From Candidatus Sulfotelmatobacter sp. (GTDB lineage: Bacteria; Acidobacteriota; Terriglobia; Terriglobales; Acidobacteriaceae): a DNA stretch of 64,000 nt. The position numbers were made by a program, and so were the translations under genes. The notes beneath the pieces were generated by a model. It was not told where the DNA came from. It did no database searches and was given only the letters and a program-made list of their open reading frames with translations. Numbering within the stretch: the first letter of the stretch is position 1; each line of letters opens with the position of its first letter. This document shows positions 8,426-17,687 of this stretch, one piece after another. The stretch is from NCBI GenBank assembly GCA_049684755.1, contig JBAVGI010000036.1:1571-65570 (forward strand), given 5' to 3'.

Positions 8426-9007
8426 ATGAAGTCTCTGGACGAATACCTTTGCGATGCCGAACAGGCCCACGGGCATCTGTGCGCCGGACAAGTTCTCGGT
8501 GTGCGATTGGCAATGCTGGGCCTGCTCAAACTGGGCATCGACGATCCTCACGGCAAAGACCGAAAGCGGCTTGTCACTTTCGTTGAAATCGACCGTTGCG
8601 CCACGGATGCGGTTGCGGTAGTGACCGGATGCCGCCTGGGAAAGCGTGCGCTGAAATTTCGTGATTGGGGAAAAGTTGCAGCGACATTTGTGGATGTGAG
8701 TACTGGTAAGGCGATCCGGATTGCGGCCAAGGAATCTTCCAAGAATCTTGCGCGGCAGATGCATCCGGAAATTGTAGATAAGAACCAGCAGCAGATGCTT
8801 GCCTATCGTGAAATTACAGACGACGATCTTTTCACCGCACAGTGGGTAAAGGTTGATCTGCCGCCGGAAGAATTTCCTGGATACAAGGGTGAGCGCGTGC
8901 TCTGCGAGGCCTGCGGCGAAGGGATCAACTTTCGCAGGGAAGTGCGAAATGAAGGTAAGGTCCTCTGCCGCGCCTGCGCTGGGGACTGCTATTATGAAGC
9001 GCTCTAG
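8426..9007 (+). CDS. FmdE-family protein with a C-terminal zinc ribbon.
   Basis: 193-aa [18 protein letters not shown] and [19 protein letters not shown] match the FmdE fold as I remember it. The C-terminus has CEACG...CRAC. Confidence 0.65.
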   Translation: MKSLDEYLCDAEQAHGHLCAGQVLGVRLAMLGLLKLGIDDPHGKDRKRLVTFVEIDRCATDAVAVVTGCRLGKRALKFRDWGKVAATFVDVSTGKAIRIAAKESSKNLARQMHPEIVDKNQQQMLAYREITDDDLFTAQWVKVDLPPEEFPGYKGERVLCEACGEGINFRREVRNEGKVLCRACAGDCYYEAL

Positions 9008-10437
9008 ACCGCTTGCTCATACGCGTGCGCTAGCCGCAGTATTGTCGCTTCATCAAAATGTTTTCCCAGAATTTGCAGGCCGATGGGCAATTTATTTTGC
9101 GTCACTCCGCACGGAATGGAAATTCCTGGAATGCCCGCAAGGTCAGCCGTTACCGTGTAAATATCAGCCAGATACATGGCCAGGGGGTCGTTTGACTTCT
9201 CACCTAAACGAAACGCGGCGGATGGACTGGTCGGCGTGACGATCGCATCTACTTTGCGGAAAGCTTCTTCGAAATCGCGCGTCAGCAGCGTGCGCACTTT
9301 CTGGGCTTTTAAATAGTACGCATCGTAATAACCGGCGCTAAGCGCGTAAGTTCCGAGCATGATGCGCCGCTTCACTTCTGCTCCGAAGCCTTCGTCGCGG
9401 CTGCGGCGATACATTTCCGAAAGCGACTTCACGCCCTCGGCACGATAGCCATAGCGAACACCATCGTAGCGCGCAAGGTTTGAAGACGCCTCCGCAGTTG
9501 CGATCAAGTAATAGGTGGGGATCGCGTAAGGCGTGTGCGGGAGCGAGACAGGAACTACTTCACAGCCTAAGCTCCGCAGCTTGTCGATTGCCGACTCCAC
9601 AGCGTGACGAACTTCATCGTCCAGGCCGTCCCCGAAATATTCCTTGGCCACACCTATTCTTAATCCGCGAATGTCTTTTTCCAGTTCGGACGGATAATCC
9701 GGCACGTGTAAGTTGGCCGATGTCGAATCCATGGGATCACGGCCGGCGATGGTGCGCAACACGATTGCCGTGTCCTTCACGCTCCTTGCTAATGGTCCGA
9801 TGTGATCGAGCGAAGACGCAAACGCGATCAGGCCGTAACGGGAGACGCGGCCATAGGTGGGCATCAATCCCACCACGCCACAGAACGATGCCGGCTGTCG
9901 GATCGAACCTCCGGTATCAGAGCCAAGCGCAACCACTGCCATGTCTGCGGCCACCGCAGCCGCGGAACCTCCGGACGAACCGCCGGGTACGCGGCTCAGA
10001 TCGCGCGGATTGCGGACGGGACGGAATGCCGAGTTCTCATTTGATGAGCCCATGGCAAATTCATCGCAGTTGGTTTTGCCGAGAACAACTGCGCCTGCGG
10101 CCTCCATGCGCGCGACCGCAGTGCAGTCGTAAGGCGGAATGTAGTTGCCCAGCATCTTTGATCCTGCGGTGGTGCGGACTCCGAGCGTGTTCATCACGTC
10201 TTTGATTCCGACCGGCACCCCGGCCAGCGGCGGCAAGGGCTTGCCTTCGGCGGCCATGCGATCGATTCGATCCGCCTGTGCCAGAGCGCGCTCTTTACAC
10301 AAGGTGAGATAGGCGCCGATCTGTTCGTCTTCTTTTTGAATTCGCGCATAGTACGCCTCGGCGAGAGCGAGGGCAGTTCTCTTGCGCTCCTGAATGGAGG
10401 AGCGAGCGTCGTCGATGGTGAGTTGAGTCAGATCCAT
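9004..10437 (-). CDS. gatA: Glutamyl/aspartyl-tRNA amidotransferase subunit A.
   Basis: 477-aa ORF with the amidase signature [13 protein letters not shown] and a conserved GatA N-terminus. Confidence 0.92.
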   Translation of the reverse strand: MDLTQLTIDDARSSIQERKRTALALAEAYYARIQKEDEQIGAYLTLCKERALAQADRIDRMAAEGKPLPPLAGVPVGIKDVMNTLGVRTTAGSKMLGNYIPPYDCTAVARMEAAGAVVLGKTNCDEFAMGSSNENSAFRPVRNPRDLSRVPGGSSGGSAAAVAADMAVVALGSDTGGSIRQPASFCGVVGLMPTYGRVSRYGLIAFASSLDHIGPLARSVKDTAIVLRTIAGRDPMDSTSANLHVPDYPSELEKDIRGLRIGVAKEYFGDGLDDEVRHAVESAIDKLRSLGCEVVPVSLPHTPYAIPTYYLIATAEASSNLARYDGVRYGYRAEGVKSLSEMYRRSRDEGFGAEVKRRIMLGTYALSAGYYDAYYLKAQKVRTLLTRDFEEAFRKVDAIVTPTSPSAAFRLGEKSNDPLAMYLADIYTVTADLAGIPGISIPCGVTQNKLPIGLQILGKHFDEATILRLAHAYEQAV

Positions 10438-10511
10438 CTTGTTGGCGGAGTTGACGATTTAGAATTGTGAAAGGACTTCGAGTCTCGGCGAGAAAAAATG
10501 GCCAGCCGTAA

Positions 10512-10850
10512 CTATCTTTCAATCACCTTGGGCACTCGGAAGAATGTTCCGTCGGCATCCGGCGCATTTGCCAAGGCCGCATCTTGAGTTAACGAATTCC
10601 GCAATCCCTCAGGTATGTCTTCGCGGCTCGCATAGGCAAATCTCTCGCTACCCTGTTTGGATTCGTCGACGCCGTAGCGGTCCGACACTTGCGCCATGGG
10701 CTCAACATTCGAAGTGTCCAGTTCGTTGAGTCGGTCGATGTAATCGAGAGTCGAGTTCAGATCACGAACCATAGCCACACGCTCGTCCGCCGAAAGCTCC
10801 AGGTTGGCGAGATCGGCGACGTAGCTGACGTCTTTCTCTGTGACTTTCAT
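10512..10850 (-). CDS. gatC: Glutamyl/aspartyl-tRNA amidotransferase subunit C.
   Basis: 112-aa ORF whose N-terminus VSYVADLANLELSADE...LDYIDRLNELDT is typical of GatC. It lies directly upstream of gatA. Confidence 0.85.
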   Translation of the reverse strand: MKVTEKDVSYVADLANLELSADERVAMVRDLNSTLDYIDRLNELDTSNVEPMAQVSDRYGVDESKQGSERFAYASREDIPEGLRNSLTQDAALANAPDADGTFFRVPKVIER

Positions 10851-11149
10851 TCGAGGTGAGTTGCCAGTTGTTCTTGCCGAATCACGAATTCAATTCTTTC
10901 TATTTTTTGTCCGGCATAACGGTTCATTGCCGCTACGTAGCGGGGAGCGAGGCTCTGCATTTCGCGCTTCCATCCAGCATCGGGAACCTCAACACGAAGG
11001 ACGGCATTGGAAAACTGGACAGCTCGTGTACGCTCCGCCACGGCAGAGCCGCAGACCAACGGCCACGCGAGCAACGGCGCTTCGGCCTGCGGGACACGGC
11101 GCAGCGAACCCATCACGATTTTTTCTAATCCCGAGCCAGCCTGCTCCAC
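10847..11149 (-). CDS. DUF721 (DciA-like) protein.
   Basis: 100-aa ORF with the pattern W..VCG..VA.RT....F....L.VEV.D.GW, as in DUF721. Its stop overlaps the gatC start by 4 nt. Confidence 0.6.
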   Translation of the reverse strand: MEQAGSGLEKIVMGSLRRVPQAEAPLLAWPLVCGSAVAERTRAVQFSNAVLRVEVPDAGWKREMQSLAPRYVAAMNRYAGQKIERIEFVIRQEQLATHLE

Positions 11150-11221
11150 AGCATCTCCAGCGGAAAGTCAGATTTTAGCATTCCACGGGCTTGCACGCGG
11201 CACCCTCACTCGAGAGCGCAC

Positions 11222-12574
11222 TCAAAGGGGAAACATGTGCTTGACGAACTCCAGAGCTGCTTCGCGCGAATCGAGTGTTCCTTCGAGTTGAGCATCTTCA
11301 ACGGAGTCAAGAATTTCGTGGAACTTTGGGCCCGGGGCGTATCCGGCAGCAATCAGGTCGTGGCCTGTGATTAACGCGGGCGGGCGAATCGTCTCCGGCG
11401 GAATCTCTGTTAGCTTCTTCTGGAGAAATTCATATGTGCTGAGAATGCGGTGGCTGGCCAGACTATCGGCGCGGTGCAGGGCGAGATGTTCATCGAAGCC
11501 GGGCAGCCGCATGAATTTTTTCAGAGTTGACTCTTTCATGCGCGAGACGTGACCGAAGCGCATGTGATTGTCGACCAAAGCAAGCACCTGGGTGGTATCG
11601 TGTCTGGAAAATCGCAGCCGTTCGCAAATTTGCTCCGCAATCTTTACGCCCACTTCCACGTGGCCATCGAAACGGATGCGATCGGGCGCGACGCGGAAAG
11701 TTGCCGGCTTGCCGACATCGTGCAGGAGAGTGCCCCAGGCCAGAGTTGGCGGACAGGAGTATGGCAGATTGTCGAGCGCCAGCAAGGTGTGAATAAAGAC
11801 ATCGCCCTCAGGATGGAACTCGGGTGGCTGCTGAACTCCCTTCATGGCTGAGATCTCAGGCAATACTTCTTTGAGCAAACCGGTCGTGTCGAGCAGGAGA
11901 AAGGCTCGGCGAGCATGGCCTTCGGTAAGCATCTTGGTCAGTTCATCGCGAACGCGCTCGCGCGAAACCATTTTGATTTCGTGGGCAAAACGTCTTACTG
12001 CAATCATCGTGTCCGCTTCAATTTCGTAGTCAAAGCGCGCAGCGAAGCGAACTGCCCGCAGCATGCGCAACTTATCTTCGGCGAAACGCCGCTCGGGTTC
12101 GCCGATGGCGCGAACGAGGCCGGCTTTCAAATCATCCTGGCCGCCAACGAAGTCGAGCACTTCGGCGCTAACGGGATCAAGCATCATACCGTTGATGGTG
12201 AAGTCGCGGCGTGCCGCGTCTTCCCGCGGATCGTCACTGAAACGAACTTGATCGGGATGGCGCCCGTCCGAGTATCCGAAATCGCTGCGGAAGGTTGCTA
12301 CTTCGATGGCGTGGGCCTGCGATTTTCCGTTTTCGCCCTCGGGCGTCTTCTCTTCTCCCGGAACCGGCACCAGCACAACTCCGAATTGCGCTCCGACGGC
12401 GTAGGTGTCGGGAAAAATCTTCATCACTTGCGCGGGGGGCGCGCTGGTCGCAACGTCGAAATCCTCCGGCTCGCGATTGAGAAGAAGATCGCGTACACAT
12501 CCGCCCACCAGGTACGCTTGAAAGCTGTGCTGGCGCAGGATTTCGACGATCGAGATGGCAAAGTTCCTGGACAT
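11222..12574 (-). CDS. cca: CCA-adding tRNA nucleotidyltransferase with an HD domain.
   Basis: 450-aa ORF with the GGCVRDLLL nucleotidyltransferase motif, RDFTING, and a C-terminal HD region (LLHDVGK). Confidence 0.85.
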   Translation of the reverse strand: MSRNFAISIVEILRQHSFQAYLVGGCVRDLLLNREPEDFDVATSAPPAQVMKIFPDTYAVGAQFGVVLVPVPGEEKTPEGENGKSQAHAIEVATFRSDFGYSDGRHPDQVRFSDDPREDAARRDFTINGMMLDPVSAEVLDFVGGQDDLKAGLVRAIGEPERRFAEDKLRMLRAVRFAARFDYEIEADTMIAVRRFAHEIKMVSRERVRDELTKMLTEGHARRAFLLLDTTGLLKEVLPEISAMKGVQQPPEFHPEGDVFIHTLLALDNLPYSCPPTLAWGTLLHDVGKPATFRVAPDRIRFDGHVEVGVKIAEQICERLRFSRHDTTQVLALVDNHMRFGHVSRMKESTLKKFMRLPGFDEHLALHRADSLASHRILSTYEFLQKKLTEIPPETIRPPALITGHDLIAAGYAPGPKFHEILDSVEDAQLEGTLDSREAALEFVKHMFPL

Positions 12575-12621
12575 ATTCTGCGGCGGTTAGGAGCCGCTAT
12601 TGATTGTAATGGGATGTTTGC

Positions 12622-12649
12622 GGCGTGGCTGAGGCCGCGCCCTTTCAAA
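12622..12649 (+). repeat. REP-like hairpin, family B (GGCGYGGC-TGAR-GCCGCRCC followed by CTTTCAA).
   Basis: ggcgtggctgaggccgcgccctttcaaa read directly. Near-identical copies lie at 21021-21048 and 56682-56709. Confidence 0.8.
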
Positions 12650-12705
12650 TCCAAGTCGCTCCCTATGCGAAGGCACACGCTAACAGTTGTAAACCAGGGG
12701 AAAGA

Positions 12706-13638
12706 TTACACAGCGCCGCGTTCGATGCCGACATCTTCTTTCTTCACTGTCTTAGATGCCCATGCCATGCGTGGAGTGTTGTGCGCGATGCCGAATTGTC
12801 CTTGCGCGTTCAGAACGATGATGCCGCCGTGGCCGTTCAGTCGTTGTTTCAGATAGTTCATGGCTTCCTGCGCAGCCCACTCAGGAAGGTTCCCCGCGGA
12901 TACGCGGTCGGCCGACCATTTTGCCAGCACTAACTTCATGATTGGTTCGCCCCAGCCGGTGGTTGAGGCAGCGGCGCTCAGATTATCGGCGTAGCATCCA
13001 CAGCCGATCAGTGACGAGTCGCCGAGACGCCCGGGAGCTTTATTCAGCGTTCCTCCGGTGGAAGTCGCAGCAGCGATATTGCCGTTGCAATCGAGCGCGA
13101 CCGCTCCCACGGTATCGTGCGAGATCGACGGTGCGAACAAGTCGTTTCCGTCGTTGGTAGATTCGTGGGCCGCTTCTTGCTGATATTTGCGCAGGCGCTC
13201 CACTTCGCGGGGGATTATCAGGTCTTCGTTCCGGCACAGCTGAATGCCGTGCTCGGCGGCGAATCGTTCGGCGCCTTCGGCTACAAAATAAACGTGCGGA
13301 CTTTCGCTAAGAATCTTTCGCGCCGCGCGCACCGGATTGCGCAACCGCTCGACGCAGCCGACGCCTCCAGCCCGCAGCGTGGCGCCGTCCATGATGAGCG
13401 CATCCAATTGCACTTTGCCGTCGCGGTTCAGAAAACTTCCGCGGCCCGCATCGAAGGTCTCGTCGTCTTCCATGACGACGACAGCTTCCTCGGCTGCATC
13501 CAGTGCCGGGCCGCCACGCTCGAGTATCCTCCAGCCCGCTGCCAGCGCATTTCGCACGCCACGCAGGTGCGCCTCAACCATGTCATCGGGCATGGCCCAG
13601 GCGCCGCCGTGAACGACAAGAACTGGATCAATAGGCAA
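12706..13638 (-). CDS. Isoaspartyl peptidase / plant-type L-asparaginase (Ntn hydrolase).
   Basis: 310-aa ORF with VVHGGAW near the N-terminus, the autoprocessing site HDTVGAVALD, and STGG. Confidence 0.85.
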   Translation of the reverse strand: MPIDPVLVVHGGAWAMPDDMVEAHLRGVRNALAAGWRILERGGPALDAAEEAVVVMEDDETFDAGRGSFLNRDGKVQLDALIMDGATLRAGGVGCVERLRNPVRAARKILSESPHVYFVAEGAERFAAEHGIQLCRNEDLIIPREVERLRKYQQEAAHESTNDGNDLFAPSISHDTVGAVALDCNGNIAAATSTGGTLNKAPGRLGDSSLIGCGCYADNLSAAASTTGWGEPIMKLVLAKWSADRVSAGNLPEWAAQEAMNYLKQRLNGHGGIIVLNAQGQFGIAHNTPRMAWASKTVKKEDVGIERGAV

Positions 13639-13720
13639 GAAATAACCTCAGAACGGTGAAACGACTGAACAGTCTAGCACTGCAACGGGCTGGACAGTCA
13701 GGGCCGGGAACTCAGATCGA

Positions 13721-14374
13721 TTAAGCGGCCTGGCCGGCTTTGGCCGTGGTTGCGGGTGGACCATCCTGGGTGCGGGTCCAGGTATAACGCATGCGGTGAA
13801 TCACCGTAATCGTGGAGAGAACTGCAATTACCCACAATACAGGCGCCATACGGTTGAAGAGAGCGCCGATGATTACCAGCACCAGGCGCTCGGGACGTTC
13901 CATAAATCCGACGCGGCAGCTTCCGATGAGCGATTCGGCGCGGGCGCGCGTGTAGCTGACCATGATGGCGCTCACCATAACGAAGGCGGTGAGCACGACG
14001 TAGAAAAAGCGGTCACCGCGGGCATAGAAGACCAGTAATCCCAGAAATTGTGAAGCATCGCTATAGCGGTCGACTACGGAATCGAAAAACGCGCCGAAAC
14101 GCGTGACCCGGTTGGTAGCACGGGCGACCTGACCGTCCACGAGATCGAAGAAGCCAGAAAAGATAATCACCAGGCCGGCGAGAAAGAACATGCGCTTCTG
14201 GGTAGCGGCGGTGGCGTAGCCGAATAGAAACGCGGCCCACGTGTTCACGACCAGGCCCATGAAGGTCAACACGTTGGGGTTGATACGAGACAGGGCCAGC
14301 CAACGGACAATGGTATCGAGCAGGACGCCGCAAGCGCGTCCAAAGGCGCTGGTCCATGAGTGGCTGGATGCCAT
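13721..14374 (-). CDS. CDP-alcohol phosphatidyltransferase family protein; second paralog in the window.
   Basis: 217-aa polytopic ORF with the signature DLVDGQVARATNRVTRFGAFFDSVVDRYSD. Its start overlaps the greA stop (TGATG). Confidence 0.75.
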   Translation of the reverse strand: MASSHSWTSAFGRACGVLLDTIVRWLALSRINPNVLTFMGLVVNTWAAFLFGYATAATQKRMFFLAGLVIIFSGFFDLVDGQVARATNRVTRFGAFFDSVVDRYSDASQFLGLLVFYARGDRFFYVVLTAFVMVSAIMVSYTRARAESLIGSCRVGFMERPERLVLVIIGALFNRMAPVLWVIAVLSTITVIHRMRYTWTRTQDGPPATTAKAGQAA

Positions 14375-14865
14375 CAGGCTTCCGCCTTCTCCGGGCCGGC
14401 CTCATCGTGAACCGTGATCAGACTTAAGATTTCGAGTTCGCGCTTGCCGTTGGGCGTGATCACCGTGGCTTCGTCGCCTACTTTCTTGTTGAGCAAAGCG
14501 CGACCAATCGGCGAGGTGGTCGAGATCTTGCCGGCGCTTACGTCTGATTCCTCACTGGTCACCAGCTTGTACTCTATTTCTTCATTCTTGGTGCTGTCAT
14601 AGACCTTGACCGTGGAACCCAGGCCGACTTTGTCCCTGGGGATGTTGTTCATGTTGGTCAAGGAGAGATCGGCGAGGCGTTTGCCGAGCTGGCGGAAGCG
14701 AGCCTTGACGAACTCCTGGCGCTGCTTCGCCATGTGATACTCGGCATTCTCGCTGAGGTCGCCGAGCGCGGCGGCGCGCTTGATTTCCTTAGGGAGCTCG
14801 TGAACCAGCTCGTGCTCGAGCGCGTCGACTTCTTCCTGTAACTTTTTTCTAAGTTGATCCGTCAT
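14374..14865 (-). CDS. greA: Transcription elongation factor GreA.
   Basis: 163-aa ORF with a coiled-coil N-terminus containing GDLSENAEYHMAK and a C-terminal PIGRALLNKKVGD block. Confidence 0.92.
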   Translation of the reverse strand: MTDQLRKKLQEEVDALEHELVHELPKEIKRAAALGDLSENAEYHMAKQRQEFVKARFRQLGKRLADLSLTNMNNIPRDKVGLGSTVKVYDSTKNEEIEYKLVTSEESDVSAGKISTTSPIGRALLNKKVGDEATVITPNGKRELEILSLITVHDEAGPEKAEA

Positions 14866-15044
14866 GAATGCGGTACAGCTTTCGAGATTATAAACCCGTT
14901 GTGACCTTGCGGGTTAGGCTAGAGGGCCGAGCTTGCGGGGTGATCGAAACCTTCCCAGAACGGTCCTTCGATCAAATTTGTTGCCTGGGTAAGCGTCAGT
15001 CTATTGACCGTTTTGAGTAGCATGAAGACTGGAGGCGATTCCCG

Positions 15045-15527
15045 GTGTTTTCGAGAAGAGTTGGCCTTGGTCGGAGATTTTCAGGACGGCCTACGCTTGC
15101 GATGCTTCATGTTCTCGACTGGCTGGCTGAGAGGATGCTTCCGCGTGATAAGGGGCCGGCTCACCAGCGCACTGGACGCCGAGGCGAGGAAGCCGCTTAC
15201 TTCCACCTTAGAAAGTTGGGGTACACGATGGTTGCGCGAAACTTCCGATCGCCGCGTTGCCGTGGCGAGATCGACCTGATCGGCTGGGAGGATGATGTTC
15301 TGTGCTTTGTGGAAGTGAAGACGCGCAGCACCCGCGACGTGAAGACTGGGGAAGCGGCAGTAGATCGTCATAAGCGGCGGGAGGTGGCTGCGGTTGTGCG
15401 AGAATACCTGCGCCGACTTCCGCCATCGTGCCAGTGGCGCTTCGACGTGGTCAGCGTATACTACGACCGATCAACGGCCAGCCGACCGCAAATTGAAGTG
15501 TTTCGTAATTCCTCCCTGACGGCTTAG
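15045..15527 (+). CDS. yraN: YraN-family (UPF0102) endonuclease-like protein.
   Basis: GRRGEEAAYFHLRKLGYTMVARNFR...GEIDLIGWEDDVLCFVEVKTR is the family core. The true start is probably internal, for example the ATG at 15102. Confidence 0.75.
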   Translation: MFSRRVGLGRRFSGRPTLAMLHVLDWLAERMLPRDKGPAHQRTGRRGEEAAYFHLRKLGYTMVARNFRSPRCRGEIDLIGWEDDVLCFVEVKTRSTRDVKTGEAAVDRHKRREVAAVVREYLRRLPPSCQWRFDVVSVYYDRSTASRPQIEVFRNSSLTA

Positions 15528-15567
15528 AATGAAGAACTTGAATCCATCCTATCTAAAGAGGTTCTGA

Positions 15568-16608
15568 GTGCCTGAGCTGAGAAAAGATCCCATTGTTGGC
15601 CGCTGGGTGATTATTTCCACGGATCGAGCCAAGCGTCCCACCGATTTTGCCCGGGAGAACGTTAAGTTGAAGGGCGGATTTTGCCCGTTTTGTTATGGAA
15701 ATGAAGGCAAGACGCCACCTGAAATTCAAGCGTATCGTCCGGGATCGAATGGGGGACCAACCTCGCAGCGCGATACCCCAGGCTGGACGGTGCGGGTTGT
15801 TCCCAACAAGTTTCCGGCACTGGGGATTGAAGGAACTTTGAACCGCCAGGCTGAGGGAATGTTTGACCGGATGAACGGCATTGGGGCCCATGAAGTAATT
15901 ATCGAAACCCCCGACCATACGGCCAGCCTGGCAACCTTGCCTCCGAAGCGAATTGAAGACGTGTTGTGGACATTTCGCGACCGCATTCTCGATCTGAAGA
16001 AGGACAAGCGATTTAAGTACATCCTGCTGTTTAAGAATCACGGCGAGGCGGCGGGGGCGTCGCTGGAGCATGCGCACTCGCAGCTTATCGCGTTACCGAT
16101 TCTCCCCATCAACGTCGTGCAGGAAATTGAGGGTGCGAAGCAGTACTTTCTCTATAAGGAGCGCTGCGTGTTTTGCGACATCATCCGGCAGGAAATAGAG
16201 AATGGAAGCCGTGTGGTGGCCGAGAACGAAAACTTCCTGACCATCGCGCCCTATGCGCCGCGGTTTCCCTTTGAAACCTGGATTCTGCCGAAGCAGCATG
16301 AATCGGCGTTCGAGAACTCGTCCTCGCATATGTTCGAGAATCTGGCGAAGGCGCTCAAAACGCTGCTGACCAAGGCTGATCGCGTGCTCGATAACCCGCC
16401 ATACAATCTGGTGATTCACACTTCTCCGGCGCAGGACCCCACCAACGACCACTATCACTGGCACATGGAGTTCATGCCAAAATTGACCAAGACGGCGGGA
16501 TTTGAGTGGGGAACCGGCTTCTACATTAATCCCACGCCGCCAGAAGAAGCGGCGAAGTTTCTGCGCGAGGCAGGCGTGGAAGAGTCGATTCCGGCGACGG
16601 TCGGGTAG
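15568..16608 (+). CDS. galT: Galactose-1-phosphate uridylyltransferase (HIT-superfamily GalT type).
   Basis: 346-aa ORF with an N-terminal CPFC zinc motif and the active site HAHSQLIALP. Confidence 0.8.
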   Translation: MPELRKDPIVGRWVIISTDRAKRPTDFARENVKLKGGFCPFCYGNEGKTPPEIQAYRPGSNGGPTSQRDTPGWTVRVVPNKFPALGIEGTLNRQAEGMFDRMNGIGAHEVIIETPDHTASLATLPPKRIEDVLWTFRDRILDLKKDKRFKYILLFKNHGEAAGASLEHAHSQLIALPILPINVVQEIEGAKQYFLYKERCVFCDIIRQEIENGSRVVAENENFLTIAPYAPRFPFETWILPKQHESAFENSSSHMFENLAKALKTLLTKADRVLDNPPYNLVIHTSPAQDPTNDHYHWHMEFMPKLTKTAGFEWGTGFYINPTPPEEAAKFLREAGVEESIPATVG

Positions 16609-16631
16609 TTAAAAGCTATCCGTTGGGTCTC

Positions 16632-16666
16632 AAAAAATAGGGCACGGCTAGAAGGCCGAGCCCTTT
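16632..16666. terminator. Bidirectional hairpin terminator candidate between galT and the end of the isc operon.
   Basis: A 9-bp stem with one mismatch (gggcacggc / gccgagccc) and a 6-nt loop. It is flanked by AAAAAATA on the left, which reads as a T-run on the minus strand, and by TTT on the right. Confidence 0.5.
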
Positions 16667-16794
16667 GCAGTTGGGTTTAGAGAGAGACGCTGATAGTCGC
16701 AGCGTGCCTAATTGCGAAGAATTAGACTCGCGACGTCAGCGAACTAAGCTTATGCCGGACCCGGCCACAGATTGTCACGAAAATGTAAAAAACT

Positions 16795-16832
16795 AGAGCG
16801 TGAGAGCGGGTCATCGAAGCCAAGGCGCTCTC
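16795..16832 (-). terminator. Hairpin immediately after the iscX stop codon.
   Basis: gagagcg ... cgctctc forms a 7-bp stem with a long loop, and a T6 run lies about 9 nt downstream on the minus strand. The geometry is imperfect. Confidence 0.3.
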
Positions 16833-16834
16833 GC

Positions 16835-17056
16835 CTAACTCTGCGTGCGATCCTGAAATTCTTCATGCCATGCCATCTGGATCGCTTCCAACTTGCCTTC
16901 GTTGGAAGCACCCGGGTCACCTTTGAAATCAGGCAATTCAGTCACGTAACGGTGGAGGTCCGTGAAGCGGACGGTAAGGGGATCGAGTTCGGGATGTACT
17001 TCGGAGAGCAGAATGCCGATATCTTCGGCGTCGTCCCAGGTGAGAGTTTTTGGCAT
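16835..17056 (-). CDS. iscX: Fe-S cluster assembly protein IscX.
   Basis: MPKTLTWDDAEDIGILLSEVHPELDPLTVRFTDLHRYV is typical of IscX/YfhJ. I prefer the ATG at 17056 over the track start at 17080. Confidence 0.85.
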   Translation of the reverse strand: MPKTLTWDDAEDIGILLSEVHPELDPLTVRFTDLHRYVTELPDFKGDPGASNEGKLEAIQMAWHEEFQDRTQS

Positions 17057-17075
17057 TGACAGCTCCTTGCACGCC

Positions 17076-17191
17076 AGCAACTAGCAGTTGGCAATCAGCA
17101 TGTACAGTGCGGCGCTGATGAGGTTAGAGGGGCCCGACCGGCTAAGTGCCAATTGCTAATTGCTAATTGCTAATTGCTAATTGCTAATTGC
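17076..17191. repeat. Inverted arrays of the heptamer AATTGCT in the fdx-iscX spacer.
   Basis: 17076-17100 carries about 3.5 degenerate copies in the AGCAATT orientation (agcaact agcagtt ggcaatc agca). 17151-17191 carries 5.9 perfect tandem copies of aattgct. Confidence 0.9.
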
Positions 17192-17203
17192 AGAGTGCTA
17201 GCT

Positions 17204-17620
17204 TCAGTGATGTTCTTCCGAGATGTAATTGCGGTTCCAGGCGGGGATCTCGACGACCACTTTACCCGGTTTCGCGATCTGCACCTGGCAGCCGAGACGA
17301 GAGTTTAACTGTAAGTCGGCGGCCATGTCCAGACGGTCGGCTTCGTCGTCGTCCATGGGAGAAAGATTTTCTGCGCCTTCTTTAATCCACACGTGGCAGG
17401 TGGTGCAGGCGCAGTTGCCTCCGCAGGCGTGGTCGAGCGTGACACCGTAGTTGAGCGCGATGTCGAGAATCGACTCTTCCTTGCCGTGATCTTCGTATGG
17501 CAGCTTGCCATGCTCGAACTGCACCGTCTTGCCTTCGGGCAGAAATGTAACCTGCACCGTGTTTTCGCCAGGGGCTTCTTCGGTGATTGTGCCGGCGGAT
17601 TGTGATTTTTCTTCTGACAT
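17204..17620 (-). CDS. fdx: ISC-type [2Fe-2S] ferredoxin.
   Basis: 138-aa ORF with cysteine ligands in ACGGNCACTTCHV, located in the isc operon. Confidence 0.88.
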   Translation of the reverse strand: MSEEKSQSAGTITEEAPGENTVQVTFLPEGKTVQFEHGKLPYEDHGKEESILDIALNYGVTLDHACGGNCACTTCHVWIKEGAENLSPMDDDEADRLDMAADLQLNSRLGCQVQIAKPGKVVVEIPAWNRNYISEEHH

Positions 17621-17640
17621 TCTATTGCTCCGAAAAATTT

Positions 17641-17686
17641 CGCAACTAGCAATAAGCGTTTAACCAACCGCCAATTGCTTACTGCT
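17641..17686. repeat. The same heptamer family in inverted arrangement, in the hscA-fdx spacer.
   Basis: cgcaact agcaata agcgttt ... aattgct tactgct read directly. Confidence 0.7.
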
Positions 17687-17687
17687 T

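Noticed and set aside
17151-17191. The regular short repeats could be mistaken for a CRISPR array.
   Set aside because: The units are 7 nt, directly abutting with no spacers, and no cas genes are present. This is a microsatellite-like array.
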